Source: Candidatus Falkowbacteria bacterium (GTDB lineage Bacteria > Patescibacteriota > Patescibacteriia > Patescibacteriales > UBA12465). Taken from it: a stretch of DNA of 64,000 nt. Location of the stretch: positions 54,135 through 118,134 of the forward strand of contig JAPLVZ010000011.1 in NCBI GenBank assembly GCA_026396805.1, written 5' to 3'. Below the pieces are notes generated by a model. It had not been told where the DNA came from. It worked only from the letters and a program-made list of their open reading frames with translations, and searched no databases. How positions within the stretch are numbered: the stretch's first letter is position 1; every line of letters starts with the position of its first letter. Below, in pieces: positions 26,305 to 34,054 of this stretch. A program made the position numbers and the translations under genes.

Positions 26305-26505
26305 TTTAAAATGTTTTACAAATGCTAAAAAAACATTAAATGATTTTAACAAAAAATAACGGGAACTAATACGAGCCCGCCGCTATGCCTAATTATTTTT
26401 ATGGCTTTATCCTATCATAATAGAAATCCAAAGGCAAGAATAAAAACAGGTTTTACACGCCCGTTTATTATGAAGCCATCTTAAGTAATACGCCTAAAAC
26501 TCCTC

Positions 26506-26534
26506 TTGACTTTTAGATTAACAAGAATTAAAAT
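26506..26534 (+). promoter_or_regulatory. promoter TTGACT-17-TAAAAT (P1 of HTH gene)
   Basis: TTGACT 26506-26511, 17-nt spacer, TAAAAT 26529-26534. Immediately followed by operator A. Confidence 0.5.
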
Positions 26535-26542
26535 ATTATGAC

Positions 26543-26693
26543 TTAAGTCTAGTTATATATGGACTTAAAAATAATATTTGACATTTTTTAAATAAATAAC
26601 TATATTTAAGTCTAAACTAATATGGACTTAAATATTTTTTATTTTTTATTAGCTAATTTTCTAATTTAAGTCTAAGATATTATAGACTTAAAT
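26543..26693. promoter_or_regulatory. three phased inverted-repeat operators, core TTAAGTC-N12-GACTTAA
   Basis: - Site A: 26543-26568.
- Site B: 26602-26635, with 11-bp arms ATATTTAAGTC/GACTTAAATAT.
- Site C: 26664-26693, with 9-bp arms.
- Centre-to-centre spacing is 63 and 60 bp. Confidence 0.75.
26578..26606 (+). promoter_or_regulatory. promoter TTGACA-17-TATATT (P2 of HTH gene)
   Basis: TTGACA 26578-26583, 17-nt spacer, TATATT 26601-26606. The -10 overlaps the left arm of operator B. Confidence 0.55.
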
Positions 26694-26711
26694 ATTAAAA
26701 TAATAAAAAAA

Positions 26712-26975
26712 ATGGCCGACAAAATTATTTTACCATCTAAAGAAATAATAACCCCTATCTGGATTTCTGTTTCCGAGGCCGCCTCTTTGGGTGGGGTCGG
26801 AGGCAAGACTATCCGCCGCGCCATTAAAACTGACCCTAATTTACGTTTCCGCATAGTCAAGAATCGCTACCAGATAGAATTCGGCTCCCTGCTCTACTTT
26901 CTCCACAAGAACACCAAGCTCAAAAATAAGCTTAAAGACTTCGGCCTCGGCCAATATGTCAAAGAATGGAAATAA
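26712..26975 (+). CDS. small excisionase/MerR-type helix-turn-helix DNA-binding protein
   Basis: 87 aa. WISVSEAASLGGVGGKTIRRAIK..RFRIVKNRYQI resembles the HTH_17/excisionase-family fold pattern. Confidence 0.65.
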   Translation: MADKIILPSKEIITPIWISVSEAASLGGVGGKTIRRAIKTDPNLRFRIVKNRYQIEFGSLLYFLHKNTKLKNKLKDFGLGQYVKEWK

Positions 26976-27007
26976 TTTAACCAACGTATAATGAGCGTGT
27001 TAAGAAC

Positions 27008-27042
27008 AAAAAAACATCCCGGATTCCGACGGGATGTTTTTT
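27008..27042. terminator. bidirectional intrinsic terminator
   Basis: Stem ACATCCCG (27014-27021) / CGGGATGT (27030-27037), with an A-run before and a T-run after. Lies between convergent genes. Confidence 0.75.
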
Positions 27043-27069
27043 GTATTTGAGAAACTTACTTACTTACAA

Positions 27070-27351
27070 TTATAGAACGGTATCCTTAACCGCTTTCGCC
27101 AAGCGGAACTTAACTACAGTTTTAGCCGGGATATGGATAGTGGCTCCGGTCGCCGGATTGCGGCCTTCTCTCGCTTTTCTCTTCGCTTTCACTAATTTAC
27201 CGAAGCCAGGAACGATGCATTCACCGCTCTTCTTGACTTCTTTGTAAACGAAATCCGCTAGATTATCCATAAAAGTGGCGGTTTCCTTCTTGCTTAAACC
27301 GGCCGTTTCGGATAAAGCGGCGATCATCTGCGACTTTGTCATTTTTGACAT
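27070..27351 (-). CDS. hup: DNA-binding protein HU
   Basis: 93 aa. MTKSQMIAALSE..VPGFGKLVKAKRKAREGRNPATGATIHIPAKTVVKFRLAKAVKD is the classic HU/IHF fold signature. Confidence 0.93.
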   Translation of the reverse strand: MSKMTKSQMIAALSETAGLSKKETATFMDNLADFVYKEVKKSGECIVPGFGKLVKAKRKAREGRNPATGATIHIPAKTVVKFRLAKAVKDTVL

Positions 27352-27524
27352 AGTTTTTGTATGGGGATTATTATAAGCGCCATAGAGCGCTTATTAATAA
27401 TTTCCAAAAATTATTAAAATTAATTAATATTTCTAAATCTTTTTAAGGGACTCTTATTGAAAACTCAATAGATATAAGTATATTATAGCACACTTAATAA
27501 AAACATGCCAATATAAGGGGCTTT

Positions 27525-28271
27525 TTACGAACGAACGACAATTCTCCCATTAATTACCGCCAAAACTTTTAATCCAAGCTTTTTGAAATTTAACCTTCGT
27601 CCGCTGGCGCGTAAGCGTTTTCTTAATTCCTTGACTGAAGGTATTTTCCGATCATAATAATTTAGCGGCGCCGCTTTTAAGTTGACAAATAAATCAAAAA
27701 TACTGTTATCTTTTACCGCCGCCGGATATTTTTCCAGAGCGCCTAAAACTTGGCCGACCGGCAATAATTTAAATTTTTGACCCTTGGTTTCTTGGCGATA
27801 GAAAGAGCCGTAATGCTTTAGTCTGGCGACACTTGTATACATAGTTCCGCGGCAAAACGGGCTGTCGCAAAAACAAGGATAAAGGAATTCTTTCTTATCG
27901 CTATCATCCGGATCAAAGCCATAATCAATCGTTAATTCTTCGCCCGACCAAATACGACGGAGCGCAAAATATAAAGTATGGCCATAATAGAAATAAGCGT
28001 CGCAATTCGGCGCGCAGGAATGGTTGATTAGATGAACACCGGCGGCTTTTATATCCACGGGGAAAATAGACAAACCATTATTATTATAATCCATGGAATA
28101 ACAGGCATTGCCGTATCTTTTTTCCAGAATCTCCGCCTTGGCGTCCTCCATCAATAACCCGAGATAATCGCCGATAATCGTACCGGCGGGAATCTCCTGA
28201 CGAACAAAAACGCCGCGCCCTTTTTTCTTGGTTTTTTTAATTTGATAGTAACCGGGGGGTAATAAGAGCAT
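27525..28271 (-). CDS. SET-domain protein-lysine methyltransferase family protein (with C-terminal extension)
   Basis: 248 aa. Motifs GRGVFV, NHSCAPN, EELTIDYG, and post-SET Cys cluster CFCDSPFCRG. Confidence 0.85.
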   Translation of the reverse strand: MLLLPPGYYQIKKTKKKGRGVFVRQEIPAGTIIGDYLGLLMEDAKAEILEKRYGNACYSMDYNNNGLSIFPVDIKAAGVHLINHSCAPNCDAYFYYGHTLYFALRRIWSGEELTIDYGFDPDDSDKKEFLYPCFCDSPFCRGTMYTSVARLKHYGSFYRQETKGQKFKLLPVGQVLGALEKYPAAVKDNSIFDLFVNLKAAPLNYYDRKIPSVKELRKRLRASGRRLNFKKLGLKVLAVINGRIVVRS

Positions 28272-28272
28272 A

Positions 28273-28806
28273 TTATTTTTTAAGCGACGATTTCCTCAAT
28301 TCCGGCCACATCCGTTCCAGATTCTTTTTCCTGAATTCCGAATTAAGCGAATCTTGACCGGTCACCAGCCCCCGACAATTAGGCGCGCCGCAAGCGCACT
28401 TCATCTTAAATTTCTGATCGAACATCCAGCCATAGTCCAAAAATAATTCTTCATCCTTCTTAATGTTTCTGGCCGCCACGTAATTCCCCCTTTTGTCATA
28501 GGCCACATTAGGAGAACAGCTGTGATTAAAGTACCAGGACGTCCCGATGTTATTCAAATCAGCCGGCAGACAATATTCAGCATCCTCGTCAAGAACGGCG
28601 AAACTATTGATCTTTTTTTGAGTGATCTTATCCAGCTTTTTAAAATAACGCCGAGGTAAAATAACCGCTTCTTCCGGCGAATCAATGTCGGCGATAATAG
28701 CGCCTTTTTTAATATTACGAACCGCGAAAGTCGCTACTTCTCCGGGCAAAGCTTTAGACGGACGAATCTCAAACATAAGCCGGGGAATGGTTTTAACTTT
28801 TTTCAT
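28273..28806 (-). CDS. SET-domain methyltransferase family protein
   Basis: 177 aa. Motifs NHSCSPN, EELFLDYG, and post-SET CACGAPNCRG. Its stop is 1 nt from the start of the next SET gene. Confidence 0.85.
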   Translation of the reverse strand: MKKVKTIPRLMFEIRPSKALPGEVATFAVRNIKKGAIIADIDSPEEAVILPRRYFKKLDKITQKKINSFAVLDEDAEYCLPADLNNIGTSWYFNHSCSPNVAYDKRGNYVAARNIKKDEELFLDYGWMFDQKFKMKCACGAPNCRGLVTGQDSLNSEFRKKNLERMWPELRKSSLKK

Positions 28807-28841
28807 TATATAGTTAGTTAGTTTAATAAGTCGCCACTTAA

Positions 28842-31310
28842 CTACATCACGTTCGACTGGAGATGGTAATAAGGCGGATTGTCTTTATAGCGCTTAATGG
28901 CGAGACGAATAATTTCTTCCAAAAAATCGCCGTAATTCATCCCGATAACTTCAGCGGAAGCGGAAAATGTTCCTTCCACGTCCAGGGACGGATTCGGATT
29001 AAGCTCCAGCACGTAAGGATTATTATTCTTATCGACGCGGATTTCAATGCGGCCGTAGTCATGGCAGTCCAGGATATTATAAGTATCAAGCGCGATTTCT
29101 CCCAAGAGCTGTTCCAGTTTTTTGCCGATATTTTTCGGCGGTCTCTGCACGACTATCTTTTTATATTCCCCGCCGTCGGCATATTTCGCTTCAAACGGAT
29201 AAATATGCCATAAATTTGCCGGCAGATTATCAAAAATAGACCGCGCCAGAGGTAAGATGCGCAAATCATCTTCTTCCGAACCGATAATCGGAACATCATA
29301 CTCATCGCCGTCAATATACTCTTCAATCAAAGCCGGACGGCCGATTTCTTTCAAAACTATGGCCAGTTGACGGGTTAATTCCTCTTTGTTCCTGACGACG
29401 GAGTCATTAGTGATACCAATAGAATTATCGGTATTAGCCGGCTTGACGATGAGCGGATATTTCAAATCTTCGCGGATATCATCCTCCATGGAATAAACAT
29501 AATCCCATTCCGGCGTCGGAATTTTATGATAGCTTAATAATTTCTTGACGCGAATCTTATCAATGCATAAACCCAAAGTAAAAGGATTGGAGCCGGTATA
29601 AGGAATCTGAAGAGTGTCAAGAATTGAGGCGACGTGCGGCTCCAATAAACTGGAGTTATTGATGCGCTCGCAGACATTGAAAACGAGGTCAACGTCGCTA
29701 TTCTTCAGGTCGTTAAAAGCTTTCGGCAAATCGTTAAAATCAAAAAAACTGATCTTATAGCCTCTTTCTTTCAAGGTCTTCTCCACATCCATCCCGATAA
29801 CCGTCAGATCTTTTTCCACCACCGTTTCCTGGTCGGCGCCGCCTTCTTCGTACATATTACAGGCGATGCCGATATGAAGATTGCGCTGGTTGGAAATCGC
29901 CATTTTGCGGATTTTTTCAATCTTGGAACGGCGCTTGAGAATATCCACGTTAATCGCCGAAGCCGAGAACGGCGAGCGGCGCGTCGTCTTGCCGATGGAC
30001 GAGGCGGGATGAAATTTCGCGACTTCGTAATAAATCGCTTTTTCCGCCTCGCGCAGATTATCCTGGGCGTCCAGCGGATTATGGCCGGAAACCAGGACCC
30101 AGCCCAGATATTCATAGCCGTCTGGCGGTGAGAGAACCGAATCGCCTATTTTTTTCTCAAACTGGAATTCTTTAACAAAAGGGCGGCGTTTCAAATCTTC
30201 ATCAATGTTTAAATTAACGATGATGCCGGAGTAATCCGAAGAAAATGTTTCCGCCACCAAGTATTCATAGGGCCCGGCCGGAAATTCAAGTTTAGGAATA
30301 TAAATACCGCAAGCGATCTTAACCAGATTTTCCACCAAATCAACGTGCCAAGCGGCTTTAACGCTCGGATAAACCTCGTCGCCTCCCAGGCGCAGGTTTA
30401 CTTCTAAAGGAATAGGCCCGGTGGCGGTTGATTTAGCTTCAAAATGAATACAGCCGTTTAAGACACCGAGTTTTTCCAAGGTTTCGTCGGCCATGGCAAT
30501 CAGTTCGGCCTGATGCTTCGGCGGCAAACTGGACGGCGTCATGCGCGTCGTTTCAATAAAAAAAGGCTCCTTGGTCTTACCATTATCGGAAAGAGCGCAG
30601 AATTTTATCTTGCCGTTTTGAATCAGGATATCCAAATCAACCTCATCGCCGTCAATATATTCTTCCACAAAAACTTCCAAGCCATCAGCTAGGGCTGATT
30701 CTATCTTCGGAGAAATATTCTTCTTGATATAATCATAGCTTTCACGCAGTTCTTCTTCATTATTGACCTTAACGACAAAGGCGCTGGACGCGCCATAGGC
30801 CGGCTTAACGACTAAAGGAAAACTTAAAAGCTTCAGGGCTTCATCTAAGTCCTTATGACTCTTCAGAGCCCGAAACTTAAGCGCCGGCAGATTATTGACG
30901 GCGCAAAATTCACGAAAAGAGTATTTGTTTCTGACTTGAGCGGCAACCTTATAAGGGATATTGATCAAATGGTACTTATCGGCAATTTTAGCGGTCAACA
31001 AGACATCATCTTCCAGGAAAGTTAAAACTCCATCCATTTTAACGCTCGGATTATTGCTTAAGAATTTATCCAGCGCACCCAGCGATTCCGCGTAATTAGA
31101 GGTATCGGCCGAAAGAGAATGGTCCACATAAGGCTGAAAGCTATTCGCTTCCTTGCTTAGAATAATGATTTTTACCCCTAAATTCTTAACTTTCTTGATA
31201 AAAAGTTTTTTAGAATGGAGAGGATCGTTCGCTCCGGTCGTATTAACTATTAAAACCGTCTTACCGACTAAAGGACTACGGTTGGAATCCGAATTGCCAT
31301 TGCCGTTCAT
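28842..31310 (-). CDS. fusion of two ATP-grasp ligase modules (N: L-amino-acid-ligase/carnosine-synthase-like; C: D-Ala-D-Ala-ligase-like)
   Basis: 822 aa.
- N half: FPLVVKPAYGASSAFVVKV..VFVEEYIDGDEVDLDIL..HFEAK..PLEVNLRLGG.
- C half: YPLIVKPANTDNSIGIT..ALIEEYIDGDEYDVPIIG..GRIEIRVDKNNNPYVLELNPNPSL. Confidence 0.8.
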   Translation of the reverse strand: MNGNGNSDSNRSPLVGKTVLIVNTTGANDPLHSKKLFIKKVKNLGVKIIILSKEANSFQPYVDHSLSADTSNYAESLGALDKFLSNNPSVKMDGVLTFLEDDVLLTAKIADKYHLINIPYKVAAQVRNKYSFREFCAVNNLPALKFRALKSHKDLDEALKLLSFPLVVKPAYGASSAFVVKVNNEEELRESYDYIKKNISPKIESALADGLEVFVEEYIDGDEVDLDILIQNGKIKFCALSDNGKTKEPFFIETTRMTPSSLPPKHQAELIAMADETLEKLGVLNGCIHFEAKSTATGPIPLEVNLRLGGDEVYPSVKAAWHVDLVENLVKIACGIYIPKLEFPAGPYEYLVAETFSSDYSGIIVNLNIDEDLKRRPFVKEFQFEKKIGDSVLSPPDGYEYLGWVLVSGHNPLDAQDNLREAEKAIYYEVAKFHPASSIGKTTRRSPFSASAINVDILKRRSKIEKIRKMAISNQRNLHIGIACNMYEEGGADQETVVEKDLTVIGMDVEKTLKERGYKISFFDFNDLPKAFNDLKNSDVDLVFNVCERINNSSLLEPHVASILDTLQIPYTGSNPFTLGLCIDKIRVKKLLSYHKIPTPEWDYVYSMEDDIREDLKYPLIVKPANTDNSIGITNDSVVRNKEELTRQLAIVLKEIGRPALIEEYIDGDEYDVPIIGSEEDDLRILPLARSIFDNLPANLWHIYPFEAKYADGGEYKKIVVQRPPKNIGKKLEQLLGEIALDTYNILDCHDYGRIEIRVDKNNNPYVLELNPNPSLDVEGTFSASAEVIGMNYGDFLEEIIRLAIKRYKDNPPYYHLQSNVM

Positions 31311-31377
31311 AATTATTTGTTTTGTTTGAGGTTAAGCCGCGTTTTAAACCCGGACCGCCTGTTATATTATAATAAAT

Positions 31378-32223
31378 CTATTTAATGTTATAAGTCACGC
31401 CGATTTCCATAATCACTTCACGATCGCCGGCCGGAGTCTGCGGCGCCACCGTCCCGCCCGCGCCCATCCCGCCTTTGCCATAATCAGCGGTGTTGTAAAA
31501 TGACATCGGACTAACCATATTTTCATACCAACCGGTAATATCTTGCAGGTGGACGCCGGCGCTGTCGGCTAAAGCCGTGCTCTTCGCTTTCGCGTCGGCA
31601 ATCGCTTTAAGACGAGCTTCCTGCTTCAACTCATTCATATTGGAAGCGTCAAAAGACAAATTATTGACCTGATTGGCGCCGGCCTTGGAGGCGGCGGCGA
31701 TAACCTGGCTTAATTTATTTTGATCCTTGTCATAGCCGCTGACCTTAATCACTAATTGCTCGTTGGCGTTATAGCCGGAAACGGAAGAAACATTATCCTT
31801 ATAATCATACTGCGGATACAACGTATAATTCTGAGTCTGGATATCTTCCGGCGCGACGCCGACGGCTTTGACGGCCGTCATGATACTCGCGACTTTAGTA
31901 TTTAACTGGTTCAAGGCGTCTTCGGGCTTAGCGACCTTATCTATCTGAACGCCTAAATTCACGATCGCCAAATCCGGAGTATAAGTAACTTTCCCCTGGC
32001 CGGTAATGGTTACCGACTTAAATTGCTGATTAACTATTCTGTCGCGCAAAATCGCGGTGATAATTATCGCCGTAAGTAATACTAAGCCGATAATCAAGAG
32101 CGAGCCATGGCATTTATGGCCGTGACCGCCGCCGTGGCTACAACATTTTTTATCATTACAACAACCCTTGTCTCCGTTGCCGTTTTCATTAGCGTCGCAG
32201 CAACTCTCTTTTTCGTTTTCCAT
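31378..32223 (-). CDS. SIMPL (DUF541) domain protein with Cys/His-rich N-terminal tail
   Basis: 281 aa. N-terminus CCDANENGNGDKGCCNDKKCCSHGGGHGHKCHG, one TM, then SIMPL-like ITGQGKVTYTPDLAIVNLGV...AKAKSTALADSAGV. Confidence 0.75.
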   Translation of the reverse strand: MENEKESCCDANENGNGDKGCCNDKKCCSHGGGHGHKCHGSLLIIGLVLLTAIIITAILRDRIVNQQFKSVTITGQGKVTYTPDLAIVNLGVQIDKVAKPEDALNQLNTKVASIMTAVKAVGVAPEDIQTQNYTLYPQYDYKDNVSSVSGYNANEQLVIKVSGYDKDQNKLSQVIAAASKAGANQVNNLSFDASNMNELKQEARLKAIADAKAKSTALADSAGVHLQDITGWYENMVSPMSFYNTADYGKGGMGAGGTVAPQTPAGDREVIMEIGVTYNIK

Positions 32224-32318
32224 AAAAATATATTTAGTTTGTTATGAGCTTAATAATATTATACCACTCCTTTTAAAAACTACAATAAAAATTCGGGGAA
32301 TTTACAGACTAACGCGGC

Positions 32319-32756
32319 CTAAGCTTCCACCGCGACCGTTAAAGTCTTGGCCGCCTCTTTCACCGCTTGATCAATCAAGTCTTTATCCAAAAAAAATTTT
32401 TTCTCTCTGGCACTAGCCGCTAAAGCGGCCACGGTCTCATGAAAATCTAAATTATCGGCCAGCATTTTATTCTTAATCGCTTCCGGACTAAAAACTAAAC
32501 GAACATATTCCTCGCCTAATTTGCCGGGTAAAGCGCCCTGCTCGCGATTAAAATGTTCTAAAACCGATAAAACAATCTCTGATTCATTACTTCCGGATTC
32601 AGCGGCGAAGGCGGCGATTAAATCGCGAGCCCGATCATTTAAACAGTAATCGCGGCTGTTTAGAATTACCGGCTCCACCTTTTTGTAAAATTGGTTTTCT
32701 TGCCTGGCTTGCTTTACCTCATAGCTGTTTTTACTATTGTTTTCAAAATCAATCAT
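32319..32756 (-). CDS. hypothetical protein
   Basis: 145-aa ORF in an operon-like position, with no recognisable motif. Confidence 0.55.
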   Translation of the reverse strand: MIDFENNSKNSYEVKQARQENQFYKKVEPVILNSRDYCLNDRARDLIAAFAAESGSNESEIVLSVLEHFNREQGALPGKLGEEYVRLVFSPEAIKNKMLADNLDFHETVAALAASAREKKFFLDKDLIDQAVKEAAKTLTVAVEA

Positions 32757-32765
32757 AAATTTATT

Positions 32766-33488
32766 TTAATTTTTTGATAAATAATGTTTCCGATCTCGAG
32801 CGCTCAAGCGCTCCAGCGCGTAACGTAAAGTCAGACGCGACATTTTCTTGTAATGAATATCTAAAAATGCCCGCAGTTTATCGACTCCGCCGCGCTTCCC
32901 GGCTTCCCTTAACATCCAACCGACGGCTTTATGGATTAAATTATGTTTATCTTTTAATAACTTGACGGCGAGACGAAAAGTTTCTTCCGTCTTCCCGGAC
33001 TTGATAAAAGCGAAGGTAGAAACTATGGCCATACGCCTTTCCCAAATATTATCAGAAACAGCCATTTTATCAAGGATTTGCCGGGCCGGCTTTATTTTTT
33101 GCGCTACTAAAAAATCTCCTAAAATCTTATAGACCGATAAATCTACCAAGTCCCAATTATTAATCCTGTCGGTGTGGGCCAGATAAAAATCCACTATTTT
33201 TTTCTTCCGCGCCTTATGAGCGGATTTTTCGTATTGATCAACCAGAATAAACAAACCGATCAGTCTAAACTCATGGATTTTACTTTTTAGAAGCCCTTTA
33301 ATGTCTAAGAAGGATAAATGAGCGTATTTCCGGGCTAAAAGCCGCTGGAGAGGCACATAAAGGCCTAAAAACCGGTCTCCGGCGCCATATTGGCCCGGCC
33401 CGGTCTTAAAAAAGCGCCGCAAAACAGAAGCTTGCGGCTTATTTTCATGACTCTTAATTTCCTTGATTAATTTCTGCAAGTCAGACAT
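32766..33488 (-). CDS. DNA alkylation repair protein (AlkD/AlkC-like HEAT-repeat glycosylase family)
   Basis: 240 aa. RRFFKTGPGQYGAGDRFLGLYVP, NNWDLVD and GWMLRE motifs are typical of the family. Confidence 0.8.
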   Translation of the reverse strand: MSDLQKLIKEIKSHENKPQASVLRRFFKTGPGQYGAGDRFLGLYVPLQRLLARKYAHLSFLDIKGLLKSKIHEFRLIGLFILVDQYEKSAHKARKKKIVDFYLAHTDRINNWDLVDLSVYKILGDFLVAQKIKPARQILDKMAVSDNIWERRMAIVSTFAFIKSGKTEETFRLAVKLLKDKHNLIHKAVGWMLREAGKRGGVDKLRAFLDIHYKKMSRLTLRYALERLSARDRKHYLSKN

Positions 33489-33558
33489 ATCTTAACAAAA
33501 ATATCTTGACAAAAAGACTATGGTATATTAATATATTGTCAAACAAAACTGTATAGAG

Positions 33559-33927
33559 ATGAAAACGACAAGTGTTGAGCAAAAACTTAAAAGGTTCCTT
33601 CAAAAAGCAAAAAAATATTTAGAAGAGCCTGGAAAAAATGAAAGCAATTGCTATATGATATTATATCATATAGTTCATATCAGCGAAGGTTTGGCCGAAG
33701 GCGACGAGAATCTCGCCACTATCATCTCTTCCTGGATGAAAGACCATGAAGAAGAATTCCGCTTCTGTACGACCGAGGATGATTTTCATAAAATGACTAA
33801 TCAGGTAAAAAAGAATGCTGATCGGGTGATAGACCCGGAGATTCAAACCGGAGAAGGTAGCGGGACGAATCTTAATGAGCATCTCTTATCCATCGCCGAT
33901 CTTATTCCCAATAAAAAAGGAATTTAG
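33559..33927 (+). CDS. hypothetical protein
   Basis: 122-aa acidic helical ORF, followed by a terminator hairpin at ~33990-34016. Confidence 0.55.
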   Translation: MKTTSVEQKLKRFLQKAKKYLEEPGKNESNCYMILYHIVHISEGLAEGDENLATIISSWMKDHEEEFRFCTTEDDFHKMTNQVKKNADRVIDPEIQTGEGSGTNLNEHLLSIADLIPNKKGI

Positions 33928-34054
33928 GAAAAATACTAAGAGAAGAAACTGAAAAAAGCTAAAAGAAAAAAGCCCAACAGCTGAAAACAAAACCGAAGTA
34001 TGTACTCCGGTTTTTTATATCTTCAATAAATTATTTTGGAGCCGCGCCAATAAA

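Noticed and set aside
26500-26700. CRISPR-like appearance of regularly spaced GACTTAA repeats
   Set aside because: There are only three units. The repeats are inverted half-sites with 12-bp spacers, the units contain promoter hexamers, and no cas genes are present. The arrangement fits an operator array.
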